Shown: positions 25,300 through 38,351 of the stretch, piece by piece
How the letters are laid out: each line of letters opens with the position of its first letter
Position numbering within the stretch: the stretch's first letter is position 1
NCBI GenBank assembly: GCA_011109175.1
Contig: RDEW01000003.1
Coordinates: forward strand, 1,825,523 to 1,870,193
Source: Dicyema japonicum
Lineage: Eukaryota; Animalia; Dicyemida
Direction: 5' to 3'
DNA: 44,671 nucleotides
The notes under the pieces: generated by a model
Database searches by the model: none
Seen by the model: only the letters and a program-made list of their open reading frames with translations
What the model was told of the DNA's origin: nothing
Translations under genes and position numbers: made by a program

Positions 25300-26495
25300 A
25301 ACCTGATTCCATCTAATGAGGGGATCGGTGTATTATTTTGCTAGTATCTAGTATTCGGAGTTCTCACTTGGAAACAAAATCGTGTTTCTTTTTTAAACGA
25401 CCTCTGTATATGAGAGACTGAATATGAATATAGATGACACTTAATACAGGTCACAAGTTGTCATAATAGTTTTTAGGGATTTTCTATAAGAATAACAACG
25501 ATCTTCTGGTTTATAGGTTTGGGGGTGGATTTTTATAGTTTTCATTCCCAAATGATCTTTGTTTGGAAGGATTTTTGTTTCGTAGTTGAGATGATTAATA
25601 GGAGGTTGATTAGGACATCCAGTTATCTTTCTGATGGCGAATTTATTGATTTTATATAGTTTATCAATTGAGTAAAGAAAACCAACATGAGCTTACGAAG
25701 TTAAGATTCGAATTAATTGTTTATATATGAAGGCATTCTTAACTGAAAAATGATCTGATACAACTTTTAGAATATTGATTTTGTGAGAAACCTATGTATT
25801 TTGTTCATCCACGTGTTTCGAGAAGGTTAGTTGTTGGTAAAATTTAATTCAAAATATTTTTGAGATGTTTTATGACGTGAAATGTTTCAACAAGAATGGA
25901 ATAATTTGAAGGGAATTTAGCTGACAACGGCCGGATGTGAAAAGAGTGACAGTAGATTTCAAAAGAAATGAAAAGAACTAAATAAGTTTTGATTTTGAGT
26001 ATTCCACGTCGATCGGAAAAGAAATTACCAAACCAGATTTTAATGCACAAATAGATTTCCATCTGAGAGATTTTTCGTATTAAGAAATTATGCGGCCAAA
26101 CTATCCAGCCTTAATAGTGAAATTAGAGTTATTCAACAAGAGGAAATTGGACCGATGGAACAACCAAAATTAACCACCGAACAAAACTAGAGGATTTTAT
26201 AATACTTTATGTGGAAGTAAGTCGAAACAAAATAGAATGGAGACAGTCCACGCAACCAGTATTGACAAGAATCAAACACCACGTGATTTTACTCAAATAT
26301 CATAATGGACCGCTACACAAAAGTGAGTCACATCAATATAAACAAATGCTCCCGTTTATGCAAATTGAAAAACGTTCAAACTCCTCAGGGAATACTGATT
26401 GCTATCACTACGTCTGATGTCAAAAACTCTCCTGCCAAAGAGCCTGATAAAATCTGCAATTTTTTGAACCAGAAAACCACCTTCAAATCCAAAAT
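25300..26495. mobile_element. Mixed LINE fragments: possible Jockey 3' end (+), family A RT piece (-), endonuclease-RT linker (+)
   Basis: WFGNFFSDRR on the minus strand; 26065-26480 is an inverted homologue of 10900-11400. Confidence 0.6.
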
Positions 26496-28120
26496 AAACA
26501 AAATTCAGGTGATACCAGCCTCCCTCAACAGTCTCCGCAACTTTTCTAGGTGTTCCGACTGCGTTCCTGCGTATTTCCGATATGGATGGGGTCCGCATAA
26601 TCGAGTCCTTCGCGGGAGCACTGTTCCAGTTGCCTCTATTATATTTTCTAGGTTTCTAGGCAGGATTTCCGCTCGGGAATATTTCCTTAGTAGGTTTGCT
26701 GCCTTCACTTTAATGTTGCATATCTTGTCCAAATTCGTTGCAGAAAGGTTAGATCCCCAGATATTACATGCGTATCTTATTGTAGCATCGATGAACTGTT
26801 TGTATGTGACCTCCAGACCACTCATATCTTTTTTGTCTCTTAGGTTTCCTAAAAACGTCTTCAGGAAGTTGATTTTCCTCGTAAAAGTCAATAACATATT
26901 TTCGACATGTTTTGTAAAGGTTAAGAAGGTGTCAAAGGTAACTCCCAGGATTTTCTGGTATTTGTTTTGCGGGATATTCTTCCCATCCAGTGTGACGTCA
27001 ATTGATATTTTCCCTAGTCTTCTGTTTGTCGTGAATAGGGTCGACACCGACTTCTCCGGGCTAGCAGTCAATTGATTTTCCCAAAGCCATAAACTTAATT
27101 TATTCATATTGTCCTGTATTCTTCTCGTTGCTTCCACAATACTCACATCCCTCGAGGCAATGACTATATCATCAGCATACGTTAATATTATGTCATCGTC
27201 CCCCTGAGGGAGTGGCAAGTCATCCATCATAACCAATAGGGGAGATAATGGGGAGCCCTGGGGAACGCCATTTGCTAATAGTGTCGATACGGAACATCGA
27301 TTGCCATAGTGTACTCGTCCTCGTCGACCACTCAAGAAATTTCCCAACCATAATTTCATGTTTGCGTCAATGTTCGTCGAATATATTTTGTGCGTGAATA
27401 TCTTCCTCGAAACCGAGTCAAAAGCCTTCTGGATATCAATTGAGCATACAATCGTCTTTTTCTGTTCTGGTCTTTTGTTAAGGCCATCTGTTATAAACTT
27501 CTTTGATGTATTTACAGTGGGCCAAAAAAGTTATGGCACCACTTAATAAATTTTAATCTTTTACTTTTTTACCCATAAAATATAAAGTATTAGGATATTG
27601 AAAATAATTATAAATCTTTAAAATTTTAATATTTGGTAAAGAAAAAACAATTCGTAAGTCATAGTTTACCGACCAGCATATAAGCTGAGCAAGCCGTGAT
27701 GAACATAACGTAATATCCGGTGATGTAATCGAATCCTTGCTATTATACGAGGTTCGTGTATTCTTATTTGGGTCGTTCATAATGGACAGATTTTCTAATT
27801 GGGAAATTATATGAAATCCTCTTGTGTCTGGAGGTTGTTTTTCATACCACGAAGGGTGCTTGGCATTAAAATACCAACAAGTTTTCCATCATATCTAGGG
27901 CAGATAAATCCATAGAAAACCCTTTTGCACAGGAAATTTGAGGGGAACATATACGTTGAAGATAATAATAGCTCCGAGAGAGGTCTGTATCGAGATCCCA
28001 ATAACTTCTGTGTTTGCTTCTTCTATCAAATTCCTGAGGGTGATTGCGAGAAACAGGGGAGGATGGAAACGACTTACAGCGCGTGTCCAGAGATGCATGG
28101 CAAAAGTGGAATCTTAAATT
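26495..28120 (-). mobile_element. LINE family A: endonuclease, deletion, then RT to the C-terminus
   Basis: NVYVP, SPDITL and IDIQKAFDSV; open 284-aa ORF with GVPQGSPLSP, YADD, ILGVTFD and RRLLREAGIT*. Confidence 0.92.
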
Positions 28121-28614
28121 AGTTAACTTTTATGGTTTCGCTGACATTGCTATTAATAACAAATTATGGTCCATTACCTATTACGTCATCTCCTATTCCA
28201 ATTAGAATTTATTCAGCACGTGGAAAAACTATGTTTCCAGAAAAGGTGTCGAAAATTAAAAAAAAGTTTGTTTTTACCTTAAAAATTTAGTGCGCTATTG
28301 ATCGGGAAAGTTACGCTAAGTTCGGGAAACTCTATATCAGTTATAACTCGAATGTTAATAATAAAAACAAATGAAAGAAATTCGTATTGATTTTATATAT
28401 TGATTTTGAATTCTCGAATTAGATGCTTTCATATTTTATAACTTCAAGACTTGCAAATACACAACTAATATAAATCGAGAAACAATTAAGGGAATTTTGT
28501 TTTCATTGTTTTGTTTACTAAATTTTTGAGGGTTTTTTAAATAACCCCAGATATACATGGAGATGTTTATCCAGTTCTTATGGTTGTAATCAGACACATT
28601 CTACAAGCATCACG

Positions 28615-30310
28615 TCTTAACTTTGACCTCGCTACCCTGTAGGAGGCCGGCCGTCCTCAGGCGTCGTGGACGCTTCCAAAGGTTTTCGATATTTGATATT
28701 TATCAGAGGTCCAGGGCTTCTTGTAGAATCAATGATAATTGGTTCAGTGGTAAAAGCCAAGAACCGGACTCGTTTGTCTTTAAGGATGAAATCTCCAAAA
28801 CGTAATTATGTTTGGGTCCTCCTTGTTTCTCTGCCGAGGGTAGTCACCGAGTCTTCAACCAATGGGGGAAGGCAGTAGGTCTTTCTAATCTAGTCTTTTA
28901 ATGACTTTGGTAGAGATGTGGTAATGTATTGAATTTGACTTTGTTTAATCGGGTGGTGGCTGAGGAATTTTTGCCATTTCACAAAACAGGTGCGTTATAG
29001 TCGTAATTATCTTAATGTAGTTTTTCGTGTGGACCAGGTAGTGGCAAAATTGGTCTGGTTTTTTGGTTTCAATTAAGAATTGGAAGTTCCTCATGCAGAG
29101 GACCTTCCGTTGGAAGAATGTTGGTTTCCCAGTAGAAGTAGTTAACGGTGTTAATTTTTTGCATATACAGTTTTTCAAAGATCTCTATTGTGACTCTGTA
29201 ATTTTTGGATTTTGCAAGCTGCGAGGGATGAAGCGCAGGAAGTGCTCGTGTAAATCAAAATTGTCGTGATATATTTTTTGTGATCATTCTGAGGTTTTAC
29301 TGGTGTTGCTGTCTTGAACCGACACATTTTCGATAACACGTTCTGCCGGTTTTCCATTTTGGGTGAATATGCTGCCGGAATTCTTCACAAGGACTTAAAA
29401 TGGGTTTATTGGTAGCTCTGTGATTCGAGAGATTGTTTTGGTCATATTTGATTCGGGGGAGTTGATCTTATCCATGTTTGTTTTGGCAAGTTTGTTCCTC
29501 AAGCTGCACATCCATAACTTATAGTGGCTCGATGAATTGAGTGTATAACATTGATAATTACCGGTTTGAGGATCATTTAAATTTTGAAAGAATCATCTTC
29601 ACGAAATTGAGCTTTCGTGTCGAAGGACTGATTACGTTCGACACATGTGTGTTGAAGGTCATGAGGGTGTCAAATGTCACTCTCCGAATCTTATCTTGTT
29701 TCCTATTTGGGATTAGTTCACCATTCAAAAATAGTTCAGTCGAATAACTTAATAGCCTTCTATTCGACCTAAAAAACTTTTCAATGGACGTTGACGTTGA
29801 ATTTCTTATTAACCGTCTTTCCAGAGTTCATTTAGTCTTGCAAGAGTAGTTTGTAATTTGTTCGTAGCTGTCGTAACACATATATCAAAGCAAGCATAGA
29901 TTATGTCATCACATACGCAATGGTTATGGGTTTTTTGTCCGAGACAATTAGAATATCATGCATTAATATGAGATGGTGACGAGGGGTAACCCTATGGCAT
30001 GCTTTTTGGAAAAATTTTTGAGACCGATTGGTAAGATTTTTTACGATTTTTTCTGTTCTACCAATGAGAAAGTTCCCGAGCCATCTTTTGAAAATGCTGG
30101 GAATTTCTGATTTTCATCGTTAAGATTTTTCTGGAAACCGAGTCAAAAGCCCAGCGGATGTCAATCGAGAACGATAAAGTTTTGAGGTGCCTGGGCTTTG
30201 ACTCAAGTCCCGCCATAATATAGTTTGTGAGAGTTCACAAGAGCGTGCTTGTAGATAGGCCTTTCTTAAATCCGTTCCATAATTCATATTAGTTGCCATT
30301 AATGCCATTT
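28615..30310 (-). mobile_element. LINE family A fragments (RT and linker pieces)
   Basis: IDIRWAFDSVSR, WLGNFL, VTFDTLMTFNTHV and SYGCAA. Confidence 0.75.
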
Positions 30311-30334
30311 TTACTTTTAATTTTACTAAAAATA

Positions 30335-31650
30335 AAATATTAAACTTGTTTAAGAATACTATTCATTGTTATTCAACGTTCGAAATCATCACAATTTACA
30401 TTAAAATAACTATAAAACGACCGGCAGGATTGTTTTCGGTCTTCCACGATAGTGTTTTACATTGGAGGAGTAGTAGTCTTCCATGGCGATATTCGGAGGG
30501 ATGTCGGTCCAACCTCAGGACGTGTCCAAAAAGTCTCCAACGAAAGCTGATCTCAAGACTTATTGGTGTACAGTCACATTTATTGTACAGTCCTTTCCGC
30601 GAGATCTTGGATGGCCAGAACATTTCAGTTATGTTTCTTAGATGATTCGTGTGAAACGAGTCTAGCCTCTCTAATTCCTCTTTTGAAGTGCCCCAGTTCC
30701 TAAAGTTGTATAGGAGTATTGGTTTGATAAAGGTGTCGTATAAAATTATTTTTTGTTTTGTGATATTTCTTTTCCGTTTTAGGCATAGGTTTTTCAGCCT
30801 GTGCCATGGTTTATCTCCGTATATCTTCACTATCTCCTAATAGGGAGCCAAGTTTCTTTGTGTGTCTCCATTTTTCTTTGAGTGAGTTATTCATTCGTCT
30901 TATTTCTGTCCGTTCTGTTTTTTCCCTGTTCACGGTGAGAAACCATTTCCCAAGTATGTCGGGTGTGTTTTCTAGTACATGTTCCAGGAGTTCTTTATCT
31001 TCAGAGATTAGGTCGACATCATCAGCATAAATCACTTCTTCTATTTTTCCTTGTTATAATGGTCTCAGTTCTTTCATAGCGGCCTCCAAGTATATTGTGA
31101 ATAGTAGCGGAAAGAGAGAGTCTCCTTAAGGAGTACCTGTGTTTGTCTCAAATTTTCTTGAGTAGGTTTTTCCAACTCTCACAAGGAGCTCTGTGTTAGA
31201 TAGAAGGATTTGGATCATTCTTAGACTTTATTCGTCAAGATGTCCTTCCAGCACTGTCATCAATTTGTTCCTGTTAACCGATCAAAGGCTTTTGATAGAT
31301 CTATTCCCAGAATGTGGGTGGCATTGCAATATCTTTGAAATGTTGCACATCCCCATCAGTGACTCCAGACTGCATCAGCTGTTGATCTTCCTTCTCTGAA
31401 CCCACTTTGACTTTCGGTATTCATAGGCGGGTTATTCGTTCCAATACAATGTTCGTCCCATAGTGGAGAGAAATGCATCCGTCTTCTCTCCCATTGTTAA
31501 AACAAAAAATAAAATTATCCGGTCATTGTGGTAACAACATCTGGAGGACACCTGATATCTCTGAAAGATATCTTCTAGATTTATTCTTTGTTGTCATGTT
31601 CGAGCATAAAGGGGTATCCGGCAGCGTCCAAAGCTCGCCTAACGACTTCG
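30335..31650 (-). mobile_element. RTE-like LINE, RT to 3' end
   Basis: QSGFR, PQGDSLSPLLFTIYLEAA, YADDVDL, KKLGSLLGDSEDIRR and RWRLFGHVLRL. Confidence 0.9.
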
Positions 31651-31654
31651 TTCA

Positions 31655-31885
31655 AGGCTTCTGGGAAATCTGCCTGCACTCCTCATGCAGGATAGAGTGT
31701 GTAGGCTAAATCAGTCGATCTTGTCTCTGCATTGGCACAGATGTGGAACACAGACTTTTAATCCCATTCGTAATGAGATCCTAATACGAACGCATTCATC
31801 ATTCAGGAAGGTACCCAGAATTCCATTGGAATGCTCGCTCTTGGAAGAGGCCCCCTACAACAAGCAGGCACGGCGATGTTGGCTA
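31655..31885 (-). mobile_element. CRE-clade zinc-finger fragment
   Basis: LGTFLNDECVRI..LRMGLKVCVPHLCQC..HTLSCMRSAGRFP. Confidence 0.8.
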
Positions 31886-31886
31886 N

Positions 31887-32860
31887 AGTTGCAAGTAGCG
31901 CTCGCGACATAATACAATGAAAATGCGCAAATGATGACCCAGGATTTAACTTTTTTATTTCAGCTCGCAATTTGGCAGCAACTCCAGCATGTCGTCCAGC
32001 CATATTCGGAGCACCATCGGTGCACAAACATACAAGCTTCTTTAAATCAAATCCATAGTCAAAGAAAATTTGTAGCAGTTTAACAAAGATATCTTTACTT
32101 GTAGTAGTATCGTGCATTGGTACAAGTTCGAGAAATTCTTCATAAATATTAAAATCTGAATCACAAGCTCTATAAAGATTGCTAATTATGCAATTCCAAT
32201 AACGTCGACCGTTTCATCGATCGCAATTTTTTTTTAATAAGTTTTATTTTGGCTTTATAAATTTAAACAATAGAAGTCAGGTCGATCGCAATTGAAAAAT
32301 ATTCAAATTTAAACAGTACAGACTTTAATTTTTGTTTCAAATGCAAAAACATTTCTTTGATATGTTCGGCAACTGTGTTTCTGGTCAAAGAAATATCTTT
32401 AAACAAATGAGCATTGTCTGGACAAATAATTTTGGCTGTTTTCACGAGGCATTGCTTGATGAAATCACCATCACAATATGATTTCCCATTCATTGCAAGC
32501 ATTCTGCTTATTTCATAGCTTGCAATAACTGATGCAGTACTTCGAATGTGAATGTTTGTGAAATGAGCCTGTGACGAAGTCACATTATTTCGTAATTCAT
32601 TAAGCTTTGAAACACGCATTGTACCTCATTGGTTAATAAACAACTTAGTACCTTCGAAATAATCGTATGATCTATAATTAGAATGGTAATGCCTTTTTAA
32701 GTTGTATTCTTTCGGTATAGCGATGAATTGGTTACAGATCAAACAATGTATTTTTCCATCAATCGTTGTAAAAAATAGATAAGTTCCCAGTTTTTAGAAA
32801 CACTCTCTTTTCATCTTTCAAACACCATTTTTTATTTCCAGAACAAACACGTGGCATTGA
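31887..32860 (-). mobile_element. hAT transposase remnant (GTF2IRD2/EPM2AIP1-like), N-terminal half
   Basis: CLIC..KEYNLKRH, ASYEIS..LAMNGKSYCDGDFIKQC, SLTRNTVA, SIAIDE and CTDGAPNMAG..HCI. Confidence 0.92.
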
Positions 32861-32879
32861 CAAACAACATCTACAAATA

Positions 32880-33650
32880 CTATTAAAAAATAATTCTTGA
32901 TGTCCTCATTGAATGGACATCGGCCTCGCATCCCAAGCGAATACCGACGCCTACTTAAGGTGGGTTCAAGAATTTTGTGACGAGTGGAATAGAATGTCTG
33001 AAGGCAAATTTAGCAGCCAGTCTTCTGAAGACAAGCCCGACCGCAACTGGTCGTACTCTGCCTCTTTTCTTATCAAAGGCTATCAAAGTGGTGGAGAACT
33101 TCGGGAAGAACTCTAGACATGATCTGGTTCATATGTGAAGTAATTGAATTCGTAATACGAAGTCCCTGGTCTCCAACGGACAAAGATGTTAGATCCTTCA
33201 GGTAGCCAGGTCTCATTCGGTCGAGCCCGCCATTGCTACTAGGGGCAAAATTCCGTATTGCGAGAACTTCATCGTTGGATGCAATCAAGGGACTCACTCC
33301 GGATAGGGGAGCGCCTTAGCGTAGGTTCTGGGATGGCAGTGGATGCTTGTTCAGTAAAAATATTGTAGGCGTCTGGAGTCGGTTTTCGTGGTCAACTCGA
33401 GGAAAGTGCCCTGATGGCTGCGCGGGTGCCACCTTCAATTAACTTCGACCGGACAGTTCTTTTGAGACGGAGCACTTCGACTTCCTCGTTCTGACCACAT
33501 GTCTCCCTCGTACGGTTAGAAGCCATGGGACAACTGGGGATGTGGATATTTTCCAAAAAAGAACGAATGTTGGTCCTCATAATGGTAGTGAGAGACTCCT
33601 TTTCGTTACCATTCCGATCAAGTCCCAGTGCAGAAGGCGCAAAACTGTTT
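32880..33650 (-). mobile_element. CRE-clade RT N-terminal fragment
   Basis: KLIEGGTRAAIRAL, AIRNFAPSSNGGLDRMRPGYLKDL, VRPVAVGLVFRRLAAK and VGVGIRLGCEA. Confidence 0.88.
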
Positions 33651-33919
33651 ATTTAACTATACTGCAGTTTTGCGCAGTTTTGAGTGAGCTATTGAAACTC
33701 TGAGATAAATTTTAATAAAAATAATGTTATAAATTACATAAATTCATCTTTCAATAGTCTGCTTCCGAAGAGATGTCGAGAAGTAATTCACCATTTTCCA
33801 CTTTCATAGCACGTCCTACATCACTTCATTCTTCGCCGGAAAAGTTTTTTTTATAATGGTAATCTTCACCAGTGGAATTGGATAGGGAGAAGGTAGGAAG
33901 GTCTCATTACGGTGAACGC

Positions 33920-36650
33920 CCGATCCTTAAAAAGAAGGCGTTGAGATTGTGCATATGTTATCCACCGATCCCGTTGATATACTAATTGTTAATGAAACGA
34001 AGTTAAAGAGTGAGGATAATTTTCGACTTGAGGGATATTGTTCTCTTGATATTAAATGGAAGTCTGGCTCGGTAGGAGGAACTGGTAGATATTTGTTATA
34101 CAGACTAAATCTAATGGTTCGTAACCTGAAGATCATATCCCAAGAATTGTGTGAGTTTGTTTCTCTGAAAGTACGAGTGGAAAATATGTGGATGAAAATT
34201 GGAGGAATGTTTTCTAAAAAATTATCTTCGTATTCTTAATTTATCGAGAATTATTTTCATGATGAAATGCACCGTTCTTGATCCTTTTGGGAGACTTAAA
34301 CTCCAAAGATACCTCGTTTGGTTGTCTGGAGACGAATAGATACGGTCTTGTTTCAAAAGATATGTCTGTGTCTTCCGGGTTTTCTGTTGTGATGTCCTCG
34401 ACCCCGATGACTATTCTCCAAGTGGCTGGGATTCTTTGGGAATGGCGTTAATATCGGAATCTGTTCATCAATTTTTGAAACAACCGAATACGCTTGGTGA
34501 TATTGGTAGTGATCATCTACCAATCCTTTATAAACTCAACCTAGCTCCTTTAGAGGTCAAGCCTGCTCTAGTACGCTATGATCTGACAAGTATAAACTGG
34601 GGCCATTACCGAAAAAGCATTGCTATATATTTGGAAACTCGTTCATGAGATCTCCTAAAGTCGGACACGACTAAATTGGACAACACAACATATATATTTG
34701 GAACGTTTTGGGAATTTTTGTAATCCGGAGTCTTCCAAGTTGGATCTTGAGAGTTCGAGTGACTCTCTAATTGTTTTTTTAAATCCTACCTCGAAACATA
34801 TGCGAATAAAGTTTATTCAGTTAACAAGAATTCTCCATTGACACCAAAAAATGTTATAGTCCTTTTGAAAAGGAAACAATCCTTGAAAAACAAATTACGT
34901 CGATGTCCTGATCCTCATGACCGTAGGCTCATGGAGATAGAAATTATGATGATCACGCAAGAAATACACAGATTAGAAAAAGTTAAGAAAAATAATTTTT
35001 GGATAGCTCAGTGCAGCAAATTGTATCGAAAAAACCCAAACTTTTGGAAAGTCTATAATAAAGTAACCGGACGTACATCCAGAAAAGAAATTCCACTGTT
35101 GCAATGTCATGATGGGTCTCCTGTATCTTTAGAAGAAATTCCTAACCTGTTTGGGGATGAACTTTCGGAAATACAACAGGTTAACCCTGATGAGCGACTG
35201 TCTTCTTTGGCCCTCAGTTCTCTAAAAGAAAAGTTGTAAAAAGTAGTTAGTTCTTTACCCCTGCGTTACTGCCCTATAAATACTGGGGAAGTTGAAAATG
35301 CGGTAAAATGAACTAAAGACAATGTTCCTTTAAAGGACAATATCGCTATTCGTTTATTCAAGGAAGCACTCAAGGTACTTTATGAATATCTGGAATGTCT
35401 CTATAGGTGCAGTATCAGGTTGGGTCACATACCTTCGCATGATGATACGTAATTCTGGGAAACCTGGGTACTTAACAACCAGTTATAGGCCATAAGCCTT
35501 ATTCCAACGATCTCAAGAGTTATGGAAAAAATTGTTTTCAACAGACTTTCTGAAAATATAGAACGTAATGATATACTAAAGGAACATCAGTTGGGTTTTC
35601 GATAAGATCGGTCTTGTGGAGATTGTACAGTGTTAACGCATCAATTGTGAAGGCTTTGGAAACTAAAGGGTGTTTGACCGCAGTCTGCCTTGATATATAC
35701 GAAGCTTTCGATAGTGTGTGGCATCTTGGTCTTTTTATTTGTCTTGCGAAATGTGGTATTTAAAAGGAACTCTACTTTTGGATACAAAGTTTGCTCTCGG
35801 ATAGACGGTCAATTGTTAATTTTTTAAACTATTAATCTCGTGAAATTTGGTTGAGAAGAGGTGTACTTTGGGTTCAGTGCTCAGTCCTCTATTATTTAAC
35901 ATTGTAATGATTGAATTGCCTTCTCCAGAAAACCCACGTACATAAATTTTGATATACGCTAATGACGTCAAAATTTATGATGTTTCTTTAAACCCTTTGG
36001 TATCTGAGAAACGTTTAAAAACGTACATGGACCAGATTGAAAAGTGGTGTAATGAAAACTTCCTTTCGGTGGCACGTGAGAAGTCTGGTATGCTGAGGAT
36101 AACTGGAAGCAGGAGGATGGCTAACCTAAGAGCTTGTTAAAAGACATACCTCGGAAGAAGACTATGAAATTCCTTGGCCTCCTAATTGACGAGGGAGGTA
36201 ATTTTATGGAACATGCTAAAATACGAAAGAAAAAAGCTACGAACGCTCTTTACTGAGTTAGAAAATTAAAGATCGAGCCGGAGATATTTGTTTATGTCTT
36301 CAACACTGCGATACTACCTGCAATGTTATACGGTTTAGAAGGATGGTACGATTCGAAAAAGATAGACTCTATCCTCAAGAAATTTGAGAAAACGCGAAAT
36401 TTTGCTCTAAAGCTTGCTTACGGGATAAGTCCTCGTATGCCAATTCCCCATTGTTAGAAGGAAAAATGTGCAAGGTTGCCGGAACTATCGAAAATCTTAT
36501 TCGAGGTTTCAAAAATCGCACTAAAGTATCTGGCACATATCTTCAGAGATGACCCTGTGTTTACGGATTTTTTTGGGGAGACTGTCGGGGTAGAAGTCGG
36601 TTGGCATGCCCTACCATTTCTTATTACTTCGTCCATCACGTAATTTACAT
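33920..36650 (+). mobile_element. Jockey-like LINE ORF2, near full length but heavily disrupted
   Basis: ILIVNETKL, IGSDHLP, YRPISL, QLGFR, CLDIYEAFDSVWHLGL, YANDVK and LYGLEGW. Confidence 0.88.
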
Positions 36651-36654
36651 TGCT

Positions 36655-37150
36655 TTTTCCTTATAATAACTTACCTTACCCTTTTCGGAAGCCACTTTGA
36701 TAAGCCGACATGTACAAGTCTAGGCGTCTCTCCATTCTTTGAAGCATAATATAGTATCTTCCGCAATGTGTTGGTTAAGACCACTGGTCTTAGGTTCTCA
36801 ACTTTTCCCGATTTTGTACTGGTATCAATAGTCCTTTTCCAAGTTGAAAGGTGGCTCCTTTACTGTACGTTTCGTTAAGAATCCAGGCAATTATCTTGTA
36901 TAGTTTTTGCGTTCCATATTTTGATCCCCAGAGAGAAAGATTAACTTAAACTTTCCGTGTTGTTCCTCAAACTCCTTCGTTATTTTTGTCTCTTAAAGAC
37001 ATCCGATTGATTTCTTAAATTTTGAAAGGTCTTCACAAAGTTCTTTTCTTTTCCATGCACTAGAGAGTCCTCTGACAATGAGCGTTAAAGAAGTCCTTTA
37101 GATTGCAATTTTTGTGTCTTTCAGACATAACTTTAAAAGAGGGACGTCAC
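36655..37150 (-). mobile_element. RTE-like deletion derivative (endonuclease start fused to RT)
   Basis: VRGLSS..ETKITKEFEEQHGKFKLIFL followed closely by RT-like sequence. Confidence 0.6.
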
Positions 37151-37322
37151 CACATCAACCGCAGCGGGTAGAACTTTGGTTTTTTATATATTTTATAATA
37201 TAGAACTTTGGTTTGCCAATGAAAATTTAATTTATATTGGCATAAAATAATTATTAAAAATATAAAATAAATAAAATACTGAATTTTTAAATTTAAACTG
37301 TTTTTGTCTTTGTGGTTCTTTC

Positions 37323-38345
37323 ATGGATTTTCCTAATCCTGAATATATAAACGAGGTGTTATTCGTAGTTAATGGAATTCCGATGAAATTTTCTATAAAA
37401 CGTCGTTTTAAAAAGGCCAACCTGAGGGCGGTAATAGAGGGGCACGGCGGAGAACTGACATCCAAAAAGACTGGCGACTCAATCAGGTGATATTTTAAAA
37501 AATACAAAGCCTTTGTCTTTCCAACGAAACCTGTGAAAAAAACGCAGTTTCCGTGAACTACATAACTGAGTGTATAACAGACAACAAAATATTACCCGTC
37601 GATGAATTTTTGTATTCAAACATACGCAAGATAACCAACGCCAATTCAGCCAGTGAGAACATGGAATCCACGTGCAGGGGGTATTTTTTGAACTCATATT
37701 AGTCGCATAAAGTACTGTTTTTCTGACGACATGAAAATAATATTGCACATCTACCAAAATAAACTTCTCGAAGAAGTGAAGGGATTCAGAATATGGAAGA
37801 TGATGTCGGTGCAGAAGGTCCAATTTATTTGAACCCAGATTACCTCCCATTCCAGTCAATCCATGAGAGACCGGTTCCTGAAGAAAATCTTGCCGCGGAT
37901 ACATTCATACAATATCCCAACAGATTGGCGAATATATTTTTCTCCCACGAACCGCCGATCTCAGTCTCTTGTTGAAACTAGTCCCAGCTCAGTCCCAACT
38001 TTTGTGATGTCGGATGGCGACGAATGTTGGATCATTTAATGATTCCCTAGTCTATAGCGCCGTGTTCTCTGGAGATGAGTCAGATTTTACAGCAGAGTCG
38101 TCAATTCATACATTGAATAATCCTGAAGAGGCTGACTTAATTCAAAGCAGTCTATTTATCAAGGAAGATGGTAGTAAAGAATTGGACAGAATACGGGGGA
38201 ATGTTGAGGTTATTTGGAATAATGAGTGTAGATTCTTTCTCGGTACTTTAGTATTACTGAGGAAAGTGTTATGAATGCACTTATTTGTGAAAATGGAGAT
38301 TTTTTAAAAACTTTTCAATTTTTGCTTGCAAATAAATTAATTTGA
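37323..38345 (+). CDS. TERF2IP: Telomere protein RAP1 (BRCT, Myb, short RCT), about 302 aa, 6 exons
   Basis: Introns 37487-37509, 37681-37702, 37818-37838, 38026-38050 and 38209-38231 give a 909-nt frame. BRCT LF..PMKF..IEGHGG..VSVNYITECI; Myb GRIKY..DDMKI..WKMM..HSSQSMRDRFLK; RCT-like VMNALICENGDF. Confidence 0.9.
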
Positions 38346-38351
38346 TTAAAA

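Noticed and set aside
26305-27075. 256-aa plus-strand ORF
   Set aside because: It is a LINE linker fragment fused to the antisense shadow of the minus-strand RT ORF
5065-38345. Deficit of 3n-length introns (4 of 33, all containing stops)
   Set aside because: Ascertainment bias: stopless 3n introns are invisible without RNA data, as the candidate at 23527-23550 shows
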